Positions 1 through 13,319 of a stretch of DNA of 64,000 nt are shown piece by piece. This DNA comes from an uncultured Gemmatimonadales bacterium (GTDB lineage Bacteria; Gemmatimonadota; Gemmatimonadetes; Gemmatimonadales; Gemmatimonadaceae), in contig CAWKNZ010000007.1 in NCBI GenBank assembly GCA_963851265.1, positions 1 through 64,000 of the forward strand, in the 5' to 3' direction. Made by a program: the position numbers and the translations under genes. The notes below the pieces were generated by a model. The model had not been told where the DNA came from. It was given only the letters and a program-made list of their open reading frames with translations, and searched no databases. Each line of letters starts with the position of its first letter. The first letter of the stretch is position 1.

Positions 1-39
1 CAAAACCTCCATTCGTCGGTTCGATTCCGACCGGTGCCT
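1..39 (+). tRNA. 3' half of a tRNA, most likely tRNA-Cys(GCA), cut by the window edge; CCA not encoded
   Basis: Anticodon-loop remnant CAAA (anticodon xCA), 3' anticodon stem ACCTC, short variable loop, T-arm GTCGG-TTCGATT-CCGAC (15-31), 3' acceptor strand CGGTGCC (32-38), discriminator T39. U73 fits Cys; Trp has G73. Confidence 0.8.
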
Positions 40-177
40 CTGCGAGTCGTGGAGTGTGTTGCAGCGCGAAGCCGTTCCGCACTCGCGCGAGCCGCGCGTG
101 GTCCGAGCCCGCAATGCGCCGACACCCGGTACAGCATCGCCGGTGACCGGCGGGCGCAACGTCGACGGGCTTCGCGA

Positions 178-3273
<3,096 letters not shown>

Positions 3274-3766
3274 CCGGCAGCACCGACACGGATGGACGCC
3301 GCGGTCGGCCAGGGGTTGGCCGACCGCGGCGAAGGGTCCGAACGCGGGAACGTCCGCGTCCGTGTCGCAAGATACCCGTCGTGACCAGGAGTGGCGGGCT
3401 CTCCGGCGCGGCGGGGCCGCCGCACGTGGAATCCGCGTGTTCGGATCGGCGTGGTCACCGCCAGACCCCGGCGGGAACCCCGCCCGTACCGTCCACGAAC
3501 GCCGCCCTCAGCCACGCGGAGGCGACTGGGCCGTTCATGGACCTGATCGCCGCTGCGAGCGCGTGCCGGCATCGTCACGCCCCGAAGTCCGAGCCGTTCA
3601 CATCACCGCGCCGCAGAATCCCGTTTCGTCGCGCAACCGTCGCATCTGTTGCGCGCGCGCGGATGTCGCGTCCGCTCCACGGTTCCCGCTCGGCAGCGGC
3701 CTTTCTGCTGCCCTCCGCTATCCCGCCCGTGGCTCGCCCGCCGTGACGCTCCGTTCACCATCTGGT

Positions 3767-6700
3767 ATGCCCGCGCCGGATCCTTCCGATCTGACCAGCC
3801 CCGCCCGACTCGCCGCGGTGGAGGCAGTGGGAGTCGCGGGTGCCGACGCGGTGCTCGACAGACTGGCCCGTCTCACCGCCCGGGTGCTCGGCGCGCCGAC
3901 GGCGCTCGTGTCGCTCGTGGAGGCCGGCCGCCAGGTGTTCCCGGGTTGTGCCGGGCTCGCGGAGCCGTGGGCGACCGCGCGAGGCACGCCACTGTCGCAT
4001 TCGTTCTGCCGGCACGTGGTCACGACCGGAAAGCCGCTCGTCGTCGCCGACGCGCGCTGCGACGAGCGCGTGTGTGCGAACCTCGCCATCGCGGACCTCG
4101 GCGTGATCGCCTACGCCGGCGTGCCGCTCGTCACGCCGGACGGCGAGGTGCTCGGCAGCCTTTGCGTGATCGACCGTGCGCCACGGCAATGGACGCCCGC
4201 CGACGTCGCCACGCTCGAAGACCTCGCCCAGGGCACCGCGGCCGATCTCGCGCTACGCATCGTGACCCGGCGCCTCTCGGACGAACGGACGGCGCTCACG
4301 GCGCTGCTCGACCACACCGAGGAGTTGGCGTGCTGCACGGGTGCCGACGGCCGGTTCACGTTCGTCAACCGGGAATGGCAGCGGGCGCTCGGGTACTCGA
4401 TGGCCGATGCCGCCGGCCTGACGCCGCTCGACCTGGTCGCCCCCGAGGACGCGGGGCGCGTCCGCGCCGTCATTCGCCAGTTACTCGCGGGGGAGACCGT
4501 GCGCGAGTTCGAAGCGGTGCTGGTAGCCCGCGACGGCCGCCGACTGGCGTGCCGTGGATGGGCCGTCCCGCAGATGCGGGCGGGACCGGACGGCACGCCC
4601 GTGTGCGATGGCACGCGAATGGGCGTTCGGGACGTCACGGCCGAACGCGAGGCCGAGGCCGCGCGAGCCCGCCTCGCGGGCGCCCTCGATGCCTCGCCGG
4701 ACTTCGCCGCGCTCGTCGGGGCGGGCGGGCGGCTCCTCTACCTCAACCGAGCCGGGCGTCGGCTGATCGGCCTCCCCGAACACGCCGACCTCGCGTCGGT
4801 GTCGTTGGCCGATCTGCACCCCGACGACGCCTTCGCGCGCGTGCTCGCGGAGGCCATCCCGTCGGTGGAGCAGCACGGCGCGTGGTCGGGCGACTCCGTA
4901 CTGCTCGCGGCTGCGGGCACGCCCGTGCCGGTGGCGGTGACCATGGTGGGCCACGTTACCACCGACACCCTCGGGCCGCCGCTCGTCATCTCGGTCGTCG
5001 CGCGCGACTTGCGCGAGCGCGCGCGTGGCGAAGTCGCACTTCGAGCGAGCGAGAAACGAGCGCGCGAGGCCGAGGCGCGATTTCGCGCCGCGCTCGACGC
5101 ATCGCCCGACGCGTTCTACCTGCTCGAGGTGGTTCGCGACGGGGACGGTGCGGTCGCCGATTTCACGTTCGTCGAGGTCAACGCGGCCGCCGGGAGCCTG
5201 TATGGGCTGTCGCCGGACGATCTGATCGGGCACACGCTCGGCACCGTGTTTCCGCACGCCCGTGAGGCCGGCTCCGTGATCGAGTCGTTCCGGACGGCGG
5301 TCGACGGCGGCACGCCGTATCACGGGGAGTACCGCACGCGCGATCCGCGCGCGGTCGCGGGCTGGTTGTGGCTGCAGGTGGTGCCGATCCGGACCGGTGA
5401 CGGCCCGGTGACCGGGCTCGCGGTCACCGCCCGTGACGTGACGGCGCGGAAGCGCGCCGACGGCGAGGCCCGACTGGCGCTGACGGTCACGCGCGCACTC
5501 GCGGACGTGTCCGATGCCGATGGCGCGCTCGCGGCGGCCCTGGGCGCGATGTGCGAGGCGAGCGGAGTGCCGTACGCAGAGGCTTGGGTTCCTGAGGCGC
5601 GCGGGCCGGTGTTCGACCGCGGTACGGGCGCGGGCCTTCCCGAGGGCGATCTGGTGCTCGTGCGCGGGCCCGCCTGGTACGACCGCAACGATCAGCGGCT
5701 CGCGGACTTCGCTGCGGCGGCGGCTGCGTTTCGATTCTCAGCCGGCGAGGGGCTACCCGGACGCGCGGCGGCGAGCGGCACGGCCACGTGGCGCGCGGAC
5801 TCGTCGGCCGACGGGCAATCGCGGCACGCCACGTTGGCGCAGGAGGCCGGCCTTCGGAGTGCGCTCGCCGTTCCTCTCGTCGTCGACGGCGTCCTCGTCG
5901 CGGTGCTGGCCTTCCACACGGGCAACGCGGCCACCTTTGGCGATGCGGAGCGCGCGCTGCTCGCGGCCGTCGGGACGCAGGTCGGGACGGCCGTGCGGCA
6001 GCGGCTGGTGAAGGCGGCGCTCGCGCGCGAGCGAGCCTTCCTCGCCGCGACTCTCGAAAGCCTCTCGGACGGCGTGGTCGCCTGCGACGCGACCGGAAAC
6101 CTCGTGCTGTTCAACCGCGCCTCACGCGAGTTCCACGGGCTCCCCGAGGTGGCACTCCCGCCCGACGAGTGGACCGCGCACTACAACCTGTACCGCGCCG
6201 ACGGCGTCACCCCGCTCCCGATGGAGGAAATCCCGCTACAGCGGGCCTTCCGCGGCGAGGAGGTCCACGACGCCGAGATGGCGATCGCGCCCACGGGCCA
6301 GGCACCACGGTTGATTCGGGCGAGTGGGCGGCCGATCCACGCCGCGAACGGCGACGTGCTCGGCGCAGTAGCGGCGATGCGCGACGTCACGGAACACGTG
6401 CGAGTGGAAACCGCACTCCGCGAGCGCGAGGCCGAGCTACGTCTGACGCAGGACGCGGCCGGCATGCGCGGTTGGACGCTCGATCTTGCGACCAACCGAC
6501 TGACGCTCGCCCCGGGCGCGCACGACGTCGTCCACTTCGGCGACGAGGCGGTTGCGGACGATACCGCCGGTGCCGACGACGCGACGGCCGCCGCGGGCGC
6601 GCGCACGGCATCCGTGGTGCTCGGCGGCGCGAGGACGCGTGCGTCGATCCATCCCGAAGACCTCGCGCAGGCCGACGCGGACCTCGCCGCGGCGTTGACG

Positions 6701-7717
6701 GCCTCCGACGGTCGCTACGCGTCGACGTACCGCGCCGTCGGACCCACTGGCGCGTGGCGGTGGGTACGCGCGACCGGGCGCGTCGAGCGCGACCCGTCGG
6801 GCGTCCCGCGGCTGCTGCGCGGCGTGAGCATCGACGTCACCGACGAGCGCGAGGTGCGGCGCCGGGCGGAGGCCGCTGAAGGCGAGTTGCGCGCGCTGTT
6901 CGCCGCGATGCGCGACGTCGTGCTCGTGCTCGACGCGAACGGCATATATCGCCGCGTCGTCCCGACGGCGCCCGGGCTGCTGTATCGTCCGGTGCGCGAC
7001 ATGGAGGGGCGGCGCATGCACGACGTGCTGCCCGCCGCCGCCGCGGACGAGTTCGTGACGGTGGTGCGGGGCGTGCTCGCGACGGGCGCGCCGACGCAGC
7101 ACGACTACGCGCTCGACCGCGACTCGGGACGGACGTACTACACGGCAAGCGTGTCGCCGGTCGGCGACGGGACGGTGCTGTGGGTGGCGCGTGACGTGAC
7201 CGCCCAGAAGCGCGCGGAATCGGCGCTGCGTGAGCTGAGCACGCGCGACGAACTCACGGGCCTGTACAACCGCCGCGGGTTCCGCATGCTCGCCGAGCAG
7301 TCGCGCGTGCTCGGCCGCCGCGAGGGGCGGCGCGACGCGGTGCTCTACATCGACCTCGATCGCTTCAAGGCGATCAACGACACCCACGGCCACGCGGCGG
7401 GCGACGAAGCCATCCAGGCCGTCGCACGCGTGCTCCGCACCACCGTCCGCGAGGGTGACCTGGTCGCGCGGTTCGGCGGCGACGAGTTCGTCGTCTACGC
7501 CGTACGTCTCGCGCACCCGGGCGAGGCGCACGTGCTCGCCGCGCGGCTGAAGGCGGCGTGTGCCCGGTTCAACGCGACCGCATCCGATGGTGCGGAGCGA
7601 CCGTGGACCATCGACTTCAGCGTGGGGGTGGCCGAAACGGAGCCGAGCGACGACCTCGATGCGTTGCTGCAGCGCGCCGACGCCGCGCTGTACGCCGAGA
7701 AGCTGACACGCTGCTGA
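3767..7717 (+). CDS. Diguanylate cyclase with multiple GAF and PAS domains
   Basis: DELTGLYNRR, ARFGGDEF, I-site REGD, N-terminal GAF (PLSHSFC, YAGVPL). Start set at ATG 3767 inside ORF 3032..7717. Confidence 0.9.
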   Translation: MPAPDPSDLTSPARLAAVEAVGVAGADAVLDRLARLTARVLGAPTALVSLVEAGRQVFPGCAGLAEPWATARGTPLSHSFCRHVVTTGKPLVVADARCDERVCANLAIADLGVIAYAGVPLVTPDGEVLGSLCVIDRAPRQWTPADVATLEDLAQGTAADLALRIVTRRLSDERTALTALLDHTEELACCTGADGRFTFVNREWQRALGYSMADAAGLTPLDLVAPEDAGRVRAVIRQLLAGETVREFEAVLVARDGRRLACRGWAVPQMRAGPDGTPVCDGTRMGVRDVTAEREAEAARARLAGALDASPDFAALVGAGGRLLYLNRAGRRLIGLPEHADLASVSLADLHPDDAFARVLAEAIPSVEQHGAWSGDSVLLAAAGTPVPVAVTMVGHVTTDTLGPPLVISVVARDLRERARGEVALRASEKRAREAEARFRAALDASPDAFYLLEVVRDGDGAVADFTFVEVNAAAGSLYGLSPDDLIGHTLGTVFPHAREAGSVIESFRTAVDGGTPYHGEYRTRDPRAVAGWLWLQVVPIRTGDGPVTGLAVTARDVTARKRADGEARLALTVTRALADVSDADGALAAALGAMCEASGVPYAEAWVPEARGPVFDRGTGAGLPEGDLVLVRGPAWYDRNDQRLADFAAAAAAFRFSAGEGLPGRAAASGTATWRADSSADGQSRHATLAQEAGLRSALAVPLVVDGVLVAVLAFHTGNAATFGDAERALLAAVGTQVGTAVRQRLVKAALARERAFLAATLESLSDGVVACDATGNLVLFNRASREFHGLPEVALPPDEWTAHYNLYRADGVTPLPMEEIPLQRAFRGEEVHDAEMAIAPTGQAPRLIRASGRPIHAANGDVLGAVAAMRDVTEHVRVETALREREAELRLTQDAAGMRGWTLDLATNRLTLAPGAHDVVHFGDEAVADDTAGADDATAAAGARTASVVLGGARTRASIHPEDLAQADADLAAALTASDGRYASTYRAVGPTGAWRWVRATGRVERDPSGVPRLLRGVSIDVTDEREVRRRAEAAEGELRALFAAMRDVVLVLDANGIYRRVVPTAPGLLYRPVRDMEGRRMHDVLPAAAADEFVTVVRGVLATGAPTQHDYALDRDSGRTYYTASVSPVGDGTVLWVARDVTAQKRAESALRELSTRDELTGLYNRRGFRMLAEQSRVLGRREGRRDAVLYIDLDRFKAINDTHGHAAGDEAIQAVARVLRTTVREGDLVARFGGDEFVVYAVRLAHPGEAHVLAARLKAACARFNATASDGAERPWTIDFSVGVAETEPSDDLDALLQRADAALYAEKLTRC

Positions 7718-7804
7718 GCGCGCCGGCCGGGTGACGTCCGCTCGTGTCGGGACGTCCCGTGCGTGGTGACCAAGGCGTCACCGCGTGCCTCCCTCGCCCT
7801 CTCC

Positions 7805-10800
7805 ATGCCCGCACCTCACCCGGCCGCCGCCGCGTCGCTCCGCGACGAGGCGCGCCTCGCCGCCGTCCGGCGTACCGCGCTGCTCGACACCGCCGCGGAC
7901 GAGGCGTTCGACCGGTTCACGCGCCTCGCCGCGCGACTGTTAGGCACGCCCGCGACCCTGGTGACGCTGCTCGACGCGGACCGGCAGTTCTGCAAGAGCG
8001 CGGTCGGACTCGACATGCCCCCGGCGCCGGAGCCGGCGCCGTCGCTGCCGCTCTCGCATTCGTTCTGCCAGCACGTGGTCGCGTCGGGCGCGCCGCTCGT
8101 GCTCGACGACGTGCGGAACGACGCCGTGCACGGCGCGAACGGCGCGGTTCGCGATTTCGGCGCGGTGGCGTACGCCGGCGTGCCGCTGCGGACGGCCGAC
8201 GGGCACGTCGTCGGCACGTTCTGCGCGCTCGACCGCGTGCCGCGCGCGTGGGACCCGGCGGACGTGGCGGTGCTCGAAGACCTCGCGCGGGCGGTGGTCA
8301 CGGAGATCGAGCTGCGGATGGCGCTGCGCGCAGCGGAGACGGCGCGCGAAACCGCGCGCGTGCTCCTCGACGCGAGCCCGGACGCGTTCGTGGCGATCGA
8401 TGCCCAGGACCGCGTGACGTTCATGAGCGAGCTCGCCGGACGGATTCACGCCTGCGATCCGATCGCCGCCGTCGGGCGGTCGCTGCACGGGTTGCTTCCT
8501 GCGGGCGATCGTGCGGTCGCGACGGCGCTCCACGCGCGCGTCCGGTCCACGGGCGCGCCGGCCGATATCGAAATGCTCTCGCGCGGTGCGGACGCCTCGG
8601 GCGAGCGCTGGACGGCCATGCACGCAGTCCCGAGTGGGACGGGGGGCGTCGCAATCGCGCTCCGCGACGTCACCGAGCGCCGGAACGCGGAGAACGCGTT
8701 GCGCGAGCGCGAGGCCGTACTGCGGCAGTTCGTCGAGCACACGCCGGCGGCGGTGGCGATGTTCGACCGGGAGATGCGCTACCTGGTGGCGAGCCGGCGG
8801 TGGTGCACCGATTACGGGCTCGCCGCGTCCGGGTTCACGACGGAAACGCTCGTCGGGACCGCCCACCACCTCGCGTTCCCCTACGCGCCCACGGGGTGGC
8901 AGGCGAACTACGCCCGCGTCCTCGCGGGGGACGTGGTGCGCTGCGAGGACGACACGTTCACGCGCGGCGACGGCGCGGTGGAACACGTGCGGTACGAGAT
9001 CCGCCCGTGGACGACCGGCGACGGCGCGGTGGGCGGCGTCGTCATGTTCACCGAGCTGACGACCGCGCAGGTGCGGGCGCAGGCGGAACTGCGCACGAGC
9101 GAGGCGCGCTACCGCGCACTCACCGAGAGTTCACCCGAACCCATCTACCTGCACCGCGACGGCCGCGTGCTGTACGCGAACCCGGCGGGCGCACGGCTGC
9201 TCGGCGCGCCGAGCCCCGCAGCGCTCGTGGGGGCGTCGGTGCTCAACGTCTTCCACGCCGACGACGCCGCGGCGGCGCGCGAGCACCTGGACGCACTCAC
9301 GCGCGGCGAGCCGCAGGACGGACTGTACCGCTACCGCCTCCTACGGGCCGACGGGTCGGAAGTGGAGGTCGAGTCGGTTTCCGCCCTCGTCCAGCTCGAC
9401 GGCTCGCCGGCCCTGCAGACGCTCTTCCGCGACGTGACCGAGCGCAACGCGCTCGAGCGCGAACTCACCTACCAGGCGTTCCACGACCCGCTCACCGGGC
9501 TCGCCAACCGGGCGCTGTTCCGCGACCGACTCGGCCACGCGCTCGCGCGGCTCGCGTCGGGGCGCATCGACCCGGCGGCCCACCAGCTCGCGGTCATCTA
9601 CCTCGACCTCGACGATTTCAAGACGGTCAACGATTCGTTAGGCCACGCGCACGGCGACGCGCTGCTGCGCGAGGTCGCGGCGCGGCTGCTGCGCGCCACC
9701 CGCGGCTGCGACACGGTCGCGCGCCTCGGCGGTGACGAGTTCGCGGCGCTGCTCGAGGGGATGACCTCCGCGTCCGACGCGCTCACCGTGGTGGAGCGGA
9801 TCACCGCGTCGCTTGCCGCCCCCGTGTGGATGGACGGCCGCGAGCTGCCCGCGCGCGGGAGCGTGGGCGTCGCGTACGCCCGCGGCGACGAGAGCGCCGA
9901 CGACCTCCTCCGCAACGCGGACGTCGCCATGTACCGCGCGAAGTCGCTCGGCAGGGGCCGACACGCCGTGTTCGAGCCCGGCATGCACGCCGCGCTCGTC
10001 GCGCGGTTGGAGATGGAGGCGGACCTGCGCCACGCCGTCGACCGCCCGGCCGCGGGCGGGCTGTGGGTGGCGTACCAGCCGGTGATCGACATCGCGACCG
10101 GGTGCGTCGTCTCGTTCGAGGCGCTCGCGCGGTGGACGCGGCCGAACGGCGCCGTGGTCCCGCCGCTGGAGTTCGTGCCGCTCGCCGAATCGAGCGGCCT
10201 CATCGTCCCGCTCGGGCGCTGGGTGTTGGGCGAGGCGTGCGCGCAGGCGGCGCGCTGGCGTGCGGCGACGGGGTGCGACGTGCGCGTCGCCGTGAACGTG
10301 TCGGCCCGGCAGCTCGCGCAGTCGGCGGGACTCGCGGGCGACGTGGAGTGCGCGCTCGCCGCGGCCGGACTGCCGGCGGCCGCACTCACCCTCGAGATGA
10401 CCGAAAGCGTGCTGATGCAGCGGACCGACGAGACGTTAGTCCGCCTCGGCGCGCTCAAGGCGACGGGCGTGCAGCTCGCGATCGACGACTTCGGCACCGG
10501 CTACTCGTCGCTCGCGTACCTGCAGCGATTCCCCGTCGACGTGCTGAAGATCGACAAGGCGTTCGTCGACGGCGTGGCGGACGAGGAGGGCGACCGCGCG
10601 ATCGCGCGCACGGTGCTCGCGCTCGGCGAGTCGCTCGGGCTGCGCATCGTCGCGGAGGGGGTGGAACGGGTGGAGCAGCGCGACGCCCTCGCCGCGATGG
10701 GCTGCGCGCAGGGGCAGGGCTACCTCTTCGCGCGCCCGCTCGCCGCGGCCGAGGCGGGGGACGTGCTCCGCACCCTCGGCGCGCGCGACCTCACGCCCGC

Positions 10801-10807
10801 GGACTGA
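7805..10807 (+). CDS. GAF-PAS-GGDEF-EAL c-di-GMP cyclase/phosphodiesterase
   Basis: HDPLTGLANR, ARLGGDEF with RGCD I-site, FEALARW, IDDFGTGYSSL, LKIDKAF; start ATG 7805. Confidence 0.92.
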   Translation: MPAPHPAAAASLRDEARLAAVRRTALLDTAADEAFDRFTRLAARLLGTPATLVTLLDADRQFCKSAVGLDMPPAPEPAPSLPLSHSFCQHVVASGAPLVLDDVRNDAVHGANGAVRDFGAVAYAGVPLRTADGHVVGTFCALDRVPRAWDPADVAVLEDLARAVVTEIELRMALRAAETARETARVLLDASPDAFVAIDAQDRVTFMSELAGRIHACDPIAAVGRSLHGLLPAGDRAVATALHARVRSTGAPADIEMLSRGADASGERWTAMHAVPSGTGGVAIALRDVTERRNAENALREREAVLRQFVEHTPAAVAMFDREMRYLVASRRWCTDYGLAASGFTTETLVGTAHHLAFPYAPTGWQANYARVLAGDVVRCEDDTFTRGDGAVEHVRYEIRPWTTGDGAVGGVVMFTELTTAQVRAQAELRTSEARYRALTESSPEPIYLHRDGRVLYANPAGARLLGAPSPAALVGASVLNVFHADDAAAAREHLDALTRGEPQDGLYRYRLLRADGSEVEVESVSALVQLDGSPALQTLFRDVTERNALERELTYQAFHDPLTGLANRALFRDRLGHALARLASGRIDPAAHQLAVIYLDLDDFKTVNDSLGHAHGDALLREVAARLLRATRGCDTVARLGGDEFAALLEGMTSASDALTVVERITASLAAPVWMDGRELPARGSVGVAYARGDESADDLLRNADVAMYRAKSLGRGRHAVFEPGMHAALVARLEMEADLRHAVDRPAAGGLWVAYQPVIDIATGCVVSFEALARWTRPNGAVVPPLEFVPLAESSGLIVPLGRWVLGEACAQAARWRAATGCDVRVAVNVSARQLAQSAGLAGDVECALAAAGLPAAALTLEMTESVLMQRTDETLVRLGALKATGVQLAIDDFGTGYSSLAYLQRFPVDVLKIDKAFVDGVADEEGDRAIARTVLALGESLGLRIVAEGVERVEQRDALAAMGCAQGQGYLFARPLAAAEAGDVLRTLGARDLTPAD

Positions 10808-11423
10808 CCGGCGGGTCGAGATTGCGCCGCGCCCACCACACGCGCTGCGCGACGGTGACGTAGACGAGCGCGGCCATGAGGCCGAACAGCTCGGGCAGGC
10901 GCGCCGGGAGCGCGAGAAAGAGGGCGTAGAAGAGCACCGTTTCGGTGCCCGCGATGAGCCCTGGGGGCATCGTCACGGTCGTCAGCTCGCCGCGCGCCGC
11001 CGCGCCCGCGGCGCGCCGTTCGAGCACGGCCGAGAGGTACATCCACGACGCCGCGTTCACGAAGAACGAACCGACGAGCCCCACGCACGCGGCGAGCGCG
11101 GCGAACGTCGGACGGCCGAGCGCCAGGCCGGTCGGCACGGCGGCGTAGACGACGAAGTCGAGGAGGATGTCGAGATACCCGCCGAAGTCGGTCTGCCGCC
11201 CGTGCACGCGCGCGAGCGTGCCGTCGAGACCGTCGAGCAGGCGGTTGGCGGCCCAGAGCGCGAGCGCGGCGCCGTACTCCCGACGCCACGCCGCCGCGCC
11301 GCACGCGAGCCCGACGAGGCAGGCGAGGAACGTGACGCCGTCGGGCGCGACGCGCGGGCCGAGCAGGCGGGCGAGCGGCTCGAGGAGGCGGTCCTTGAGC
11401 GCGCGGAGGACGTCGTCGAACAC
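10791..11423 (-). CDS. CDP-alcohol phosphatidyltransferase family protein (YnjF-like)
   Basis: Signature DGLDGTLAR..GRQTDFGGYLDILLD, hydrophobic helices, GTET motif near the C-terminus; last gene of the ABC operon. Confidence 0.88.
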   Translation of the reverse strand: MFDDVLRALKDRLLEPLARLLGPRVAPDGVTFLACLVGLACGAAAWRREYGAALALWAANRLLDGLDGTLARVHGRQTDFGGYLDILLDFVVYAAVPTGLALGRPTFAALAACVGLVGSFFVNAASWMYLSAVLERRAAGAAARGELTTVTMPPGLIAGTETVLFYALFLALPARLPELFGLMAALVYVTVAQRVWWARRNLDPPVSPRA

Positions 11424-11439
11424 GACCGGCGGCGTTACG

Positions 11440-12528
11440 TCAGGCAGAGCCGGTCGCGAAGACCGGGATCCGGGGCGCGTCGGCGACGACGCCGACGGCG
11501 GCGCCGGGCGCGGGCGCGGCCCCAGGCGGAGCGGCCGCTTCGACGACCGCCGGCGCGAAGCCGTCGCGGACGACGCGGAGCCGCACCGTGGTCTGGCGCG
11601 CGCGGTGCCGCACGTCGACCACGGTCGCCGCCGCCGCGCCCGGGTGACCCGGGGGGACGAGGCGGAGCGCGTCGGGGCGGACGACCGCCGCCGCGGGGCC
11701 GGCGGCCGCGCCGACGGCCCAGCTGCCTAACGCACACGCGAAGCACCCGGCCCCGTCGACGGTGCCCGCGAGCTCCGCGCCGACGCCGAGGAATCGCGCC
11801 ACGGCGAGCGACGCGGGGCGCTCGAACAACTCGGCCGGCGGTGCGACCTGCAGCACGCGCCGTTCGGCGAGCACCGCGACGCGGTGGGCGAGCAGTCCGG
11901 CCTCGTCGAGGTCGTGCGTGACGAGCACGAGGGACGGGCGCGCGGAGGCCGGGGCCTGCGTCCCCTCCTGCGCGCGCACGATGGCCTCGCGCACGTCGTC
12001 GCGCAGCGACGGGTCGAGCGCGGCGAGCGGCTCGTCGAGCAGCAGCACCGCGGGGCGCGCGACGATGGCGCGCGCGAGCGCGACGCGGTGGCGCTGACCG
12101 CCACTCAGCGTGTGCGGCATCCGCGCGGCGTACTCGCCCATTCGCACGAGCTCGAGCGCGTCGCGCACGCGGCGGTCGACGTCGCCGCGCGGCACGCGGC
12201 GCACGCGCAGCGGGAAGGCGACGTTCTCGTACACACTCAGGTGCGCGAACGGCGTCGGCGTCTGGTGCAGGTAGACGGCGTCGCGTCGCTCGGGGGCGAG
12301 GGCGGTGACGTCGCGCGGCGCGGCGCCGGGTGCCGCGATCCAGATGCGGCCGGCGCGCACCGGCTCGAGGCCGGCTACCGCGCGCAGCAGCGTGGTCTTG
12401 CCAGCACCCGACGCGCCGAGGACGACGAGGCGCTCACCCGCGGCGACGTCGAGCGATACGGGCTGCAGGCCCGGGCCGCTCCCGAACCCGACCTCGACCC
12501 CGTCGAGCCGGAGCGCGGGGGCGTTCAC
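11440..12528 (-). CDS. ABC transporter ATP-binding subunit
   Basis: Walker A GASGAGKT, signature LSGGQ, Walker B LLLDEP, H-loop VTHD; GTG start overlaps the upstream TGA (GTGA). Confidence 0.9.
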   Translation of the reverse strand: MNAPALRLDGVEVGFGSGPGLQPVSLDVAAGERLVVLGASGAGKTTLLRAVAGLEPVRAGRIWIAAPGAAPRDVTALAPERRDAVYLHQTPTPFAHLSVYENVAFPLRVRRVPRGDVDRRVRDALELVRMGEYAARMPHTLSGGQRHRVALARAIVARPAVLLLDEPLAALDPSLRDDVREAIVRAQEGTQAPASARPSLVLVTHDLDEAGLLAHRVAVLAERRVLQVAPPAELFERPASLAVARFLGVGAELAGTVDGAGCFACALGSWAVGAAAGPAAAVVRPDALRLVPPGHPGAAAATVVDVRHRARQTTVRLRVVRDGFAPAVVEAAAPPGAAPAPGAAVGVVADAPRIPVFATGSA

Positions 12529-13319
12529 AGCGTCGGGACGGCGGTGCGCCGCGCGACGACGCGGGCCGCGGCGAGCGCGAGGAGCGGCGGCGCGCTCAGG
12601 AGCAGCGCGCCCGTCGCCGCGTACCGGTCCTGCCCCGAGCGCACATACGCGAACACCTCGGTCGCGAGCGTGCGTACCAGGCCGCCGCCGACGATCTGCG
12701 TGAGCGCGACCTGCGCCCAGCTCACGAGAAACGCCAGCGCGGCGGCCTCCGCGATCTGGCGGCGGAGCGCGGGGAAGGTGACGAGGCGGAGCGTCTGCCA
12801 CGGCGATGCGCCGAGCGTTCGCGCCTCCTCCTCCGGCCCGGCGTCGTACGCGGCGAACACGCCGAGGAAGTAGAGCGCGAGATAGCCGACCGCGGGCACC
12901 GCGTGGGCGAGCAGGACGCCGGCGGCGGTGCCGCCGAGGCCGAGGCGCAGGAAGTAGTACTGCACGCCGACGGCGACGGCGAGCGGCGGCGCCGCCACGG
13001 GGAGGAAGGCGAGTGCGGCGCCCAGGCCGCGCCGCCACCCGCCGAGGCCGGCGAGCGCGCGGCCGACGGGCAGGCCGAGCGCGACGCCCACCACCGCGGT
13101 GCCGGCGCCTAACGCCACGCTCCGTGCGGCGGCGACCCCGAGCGCACCGCCGGCGACCTGACGCCAACTCTCCGCGGTGAGCCCGGACGGCACGAGCGCG
13201 GGATAGAACCACGTCTCGCCGACGGACCAGGCCACGAGCAGGCCGAACGGCGTGAGGGCGGAAGTGGCGAGCAGCGTGACGAGGATTGCGCGCCCGGCGC
13301 GCGCGAGCGCGGGACTCAC
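12525..13319 (-). CDS. ABC transporter permease 2
   Basis: Hydrophobic, EAA loop EEEARTLGASPWQTLRLVTFP; GTGA coupling at both ends. Confidence 0.88.
   Translation of the reverse strand: MSPALARAGRAILVTLLATSALTPFGLLVAWSVGETWFYPALVPSGLTAESWRQVAGGALGVAAARSVALGAGTAVVGVALGLPVGRALAGLGGWRRGLGAALAFLPVAAPPLAVAVGVQYYFLRLGLGGTAAGVLLAHAVPAVGYLALYFLGVFAAYDAGPEEEARTLGASPWQTLRLVTFPALRRQIAEAAALAFLVSWAQVALTQIVGGGLVRTLATEVFAYVRSGQDRYAATGALLLSAPPLLALAAARVVARRTAVPTL

Noticed and set aside
3274..3766. c-di-GMP riboswitch or small gene in the 490-bp divergent region
   Set aside because: No consensus seen and no ORF with convincing RBS or composition
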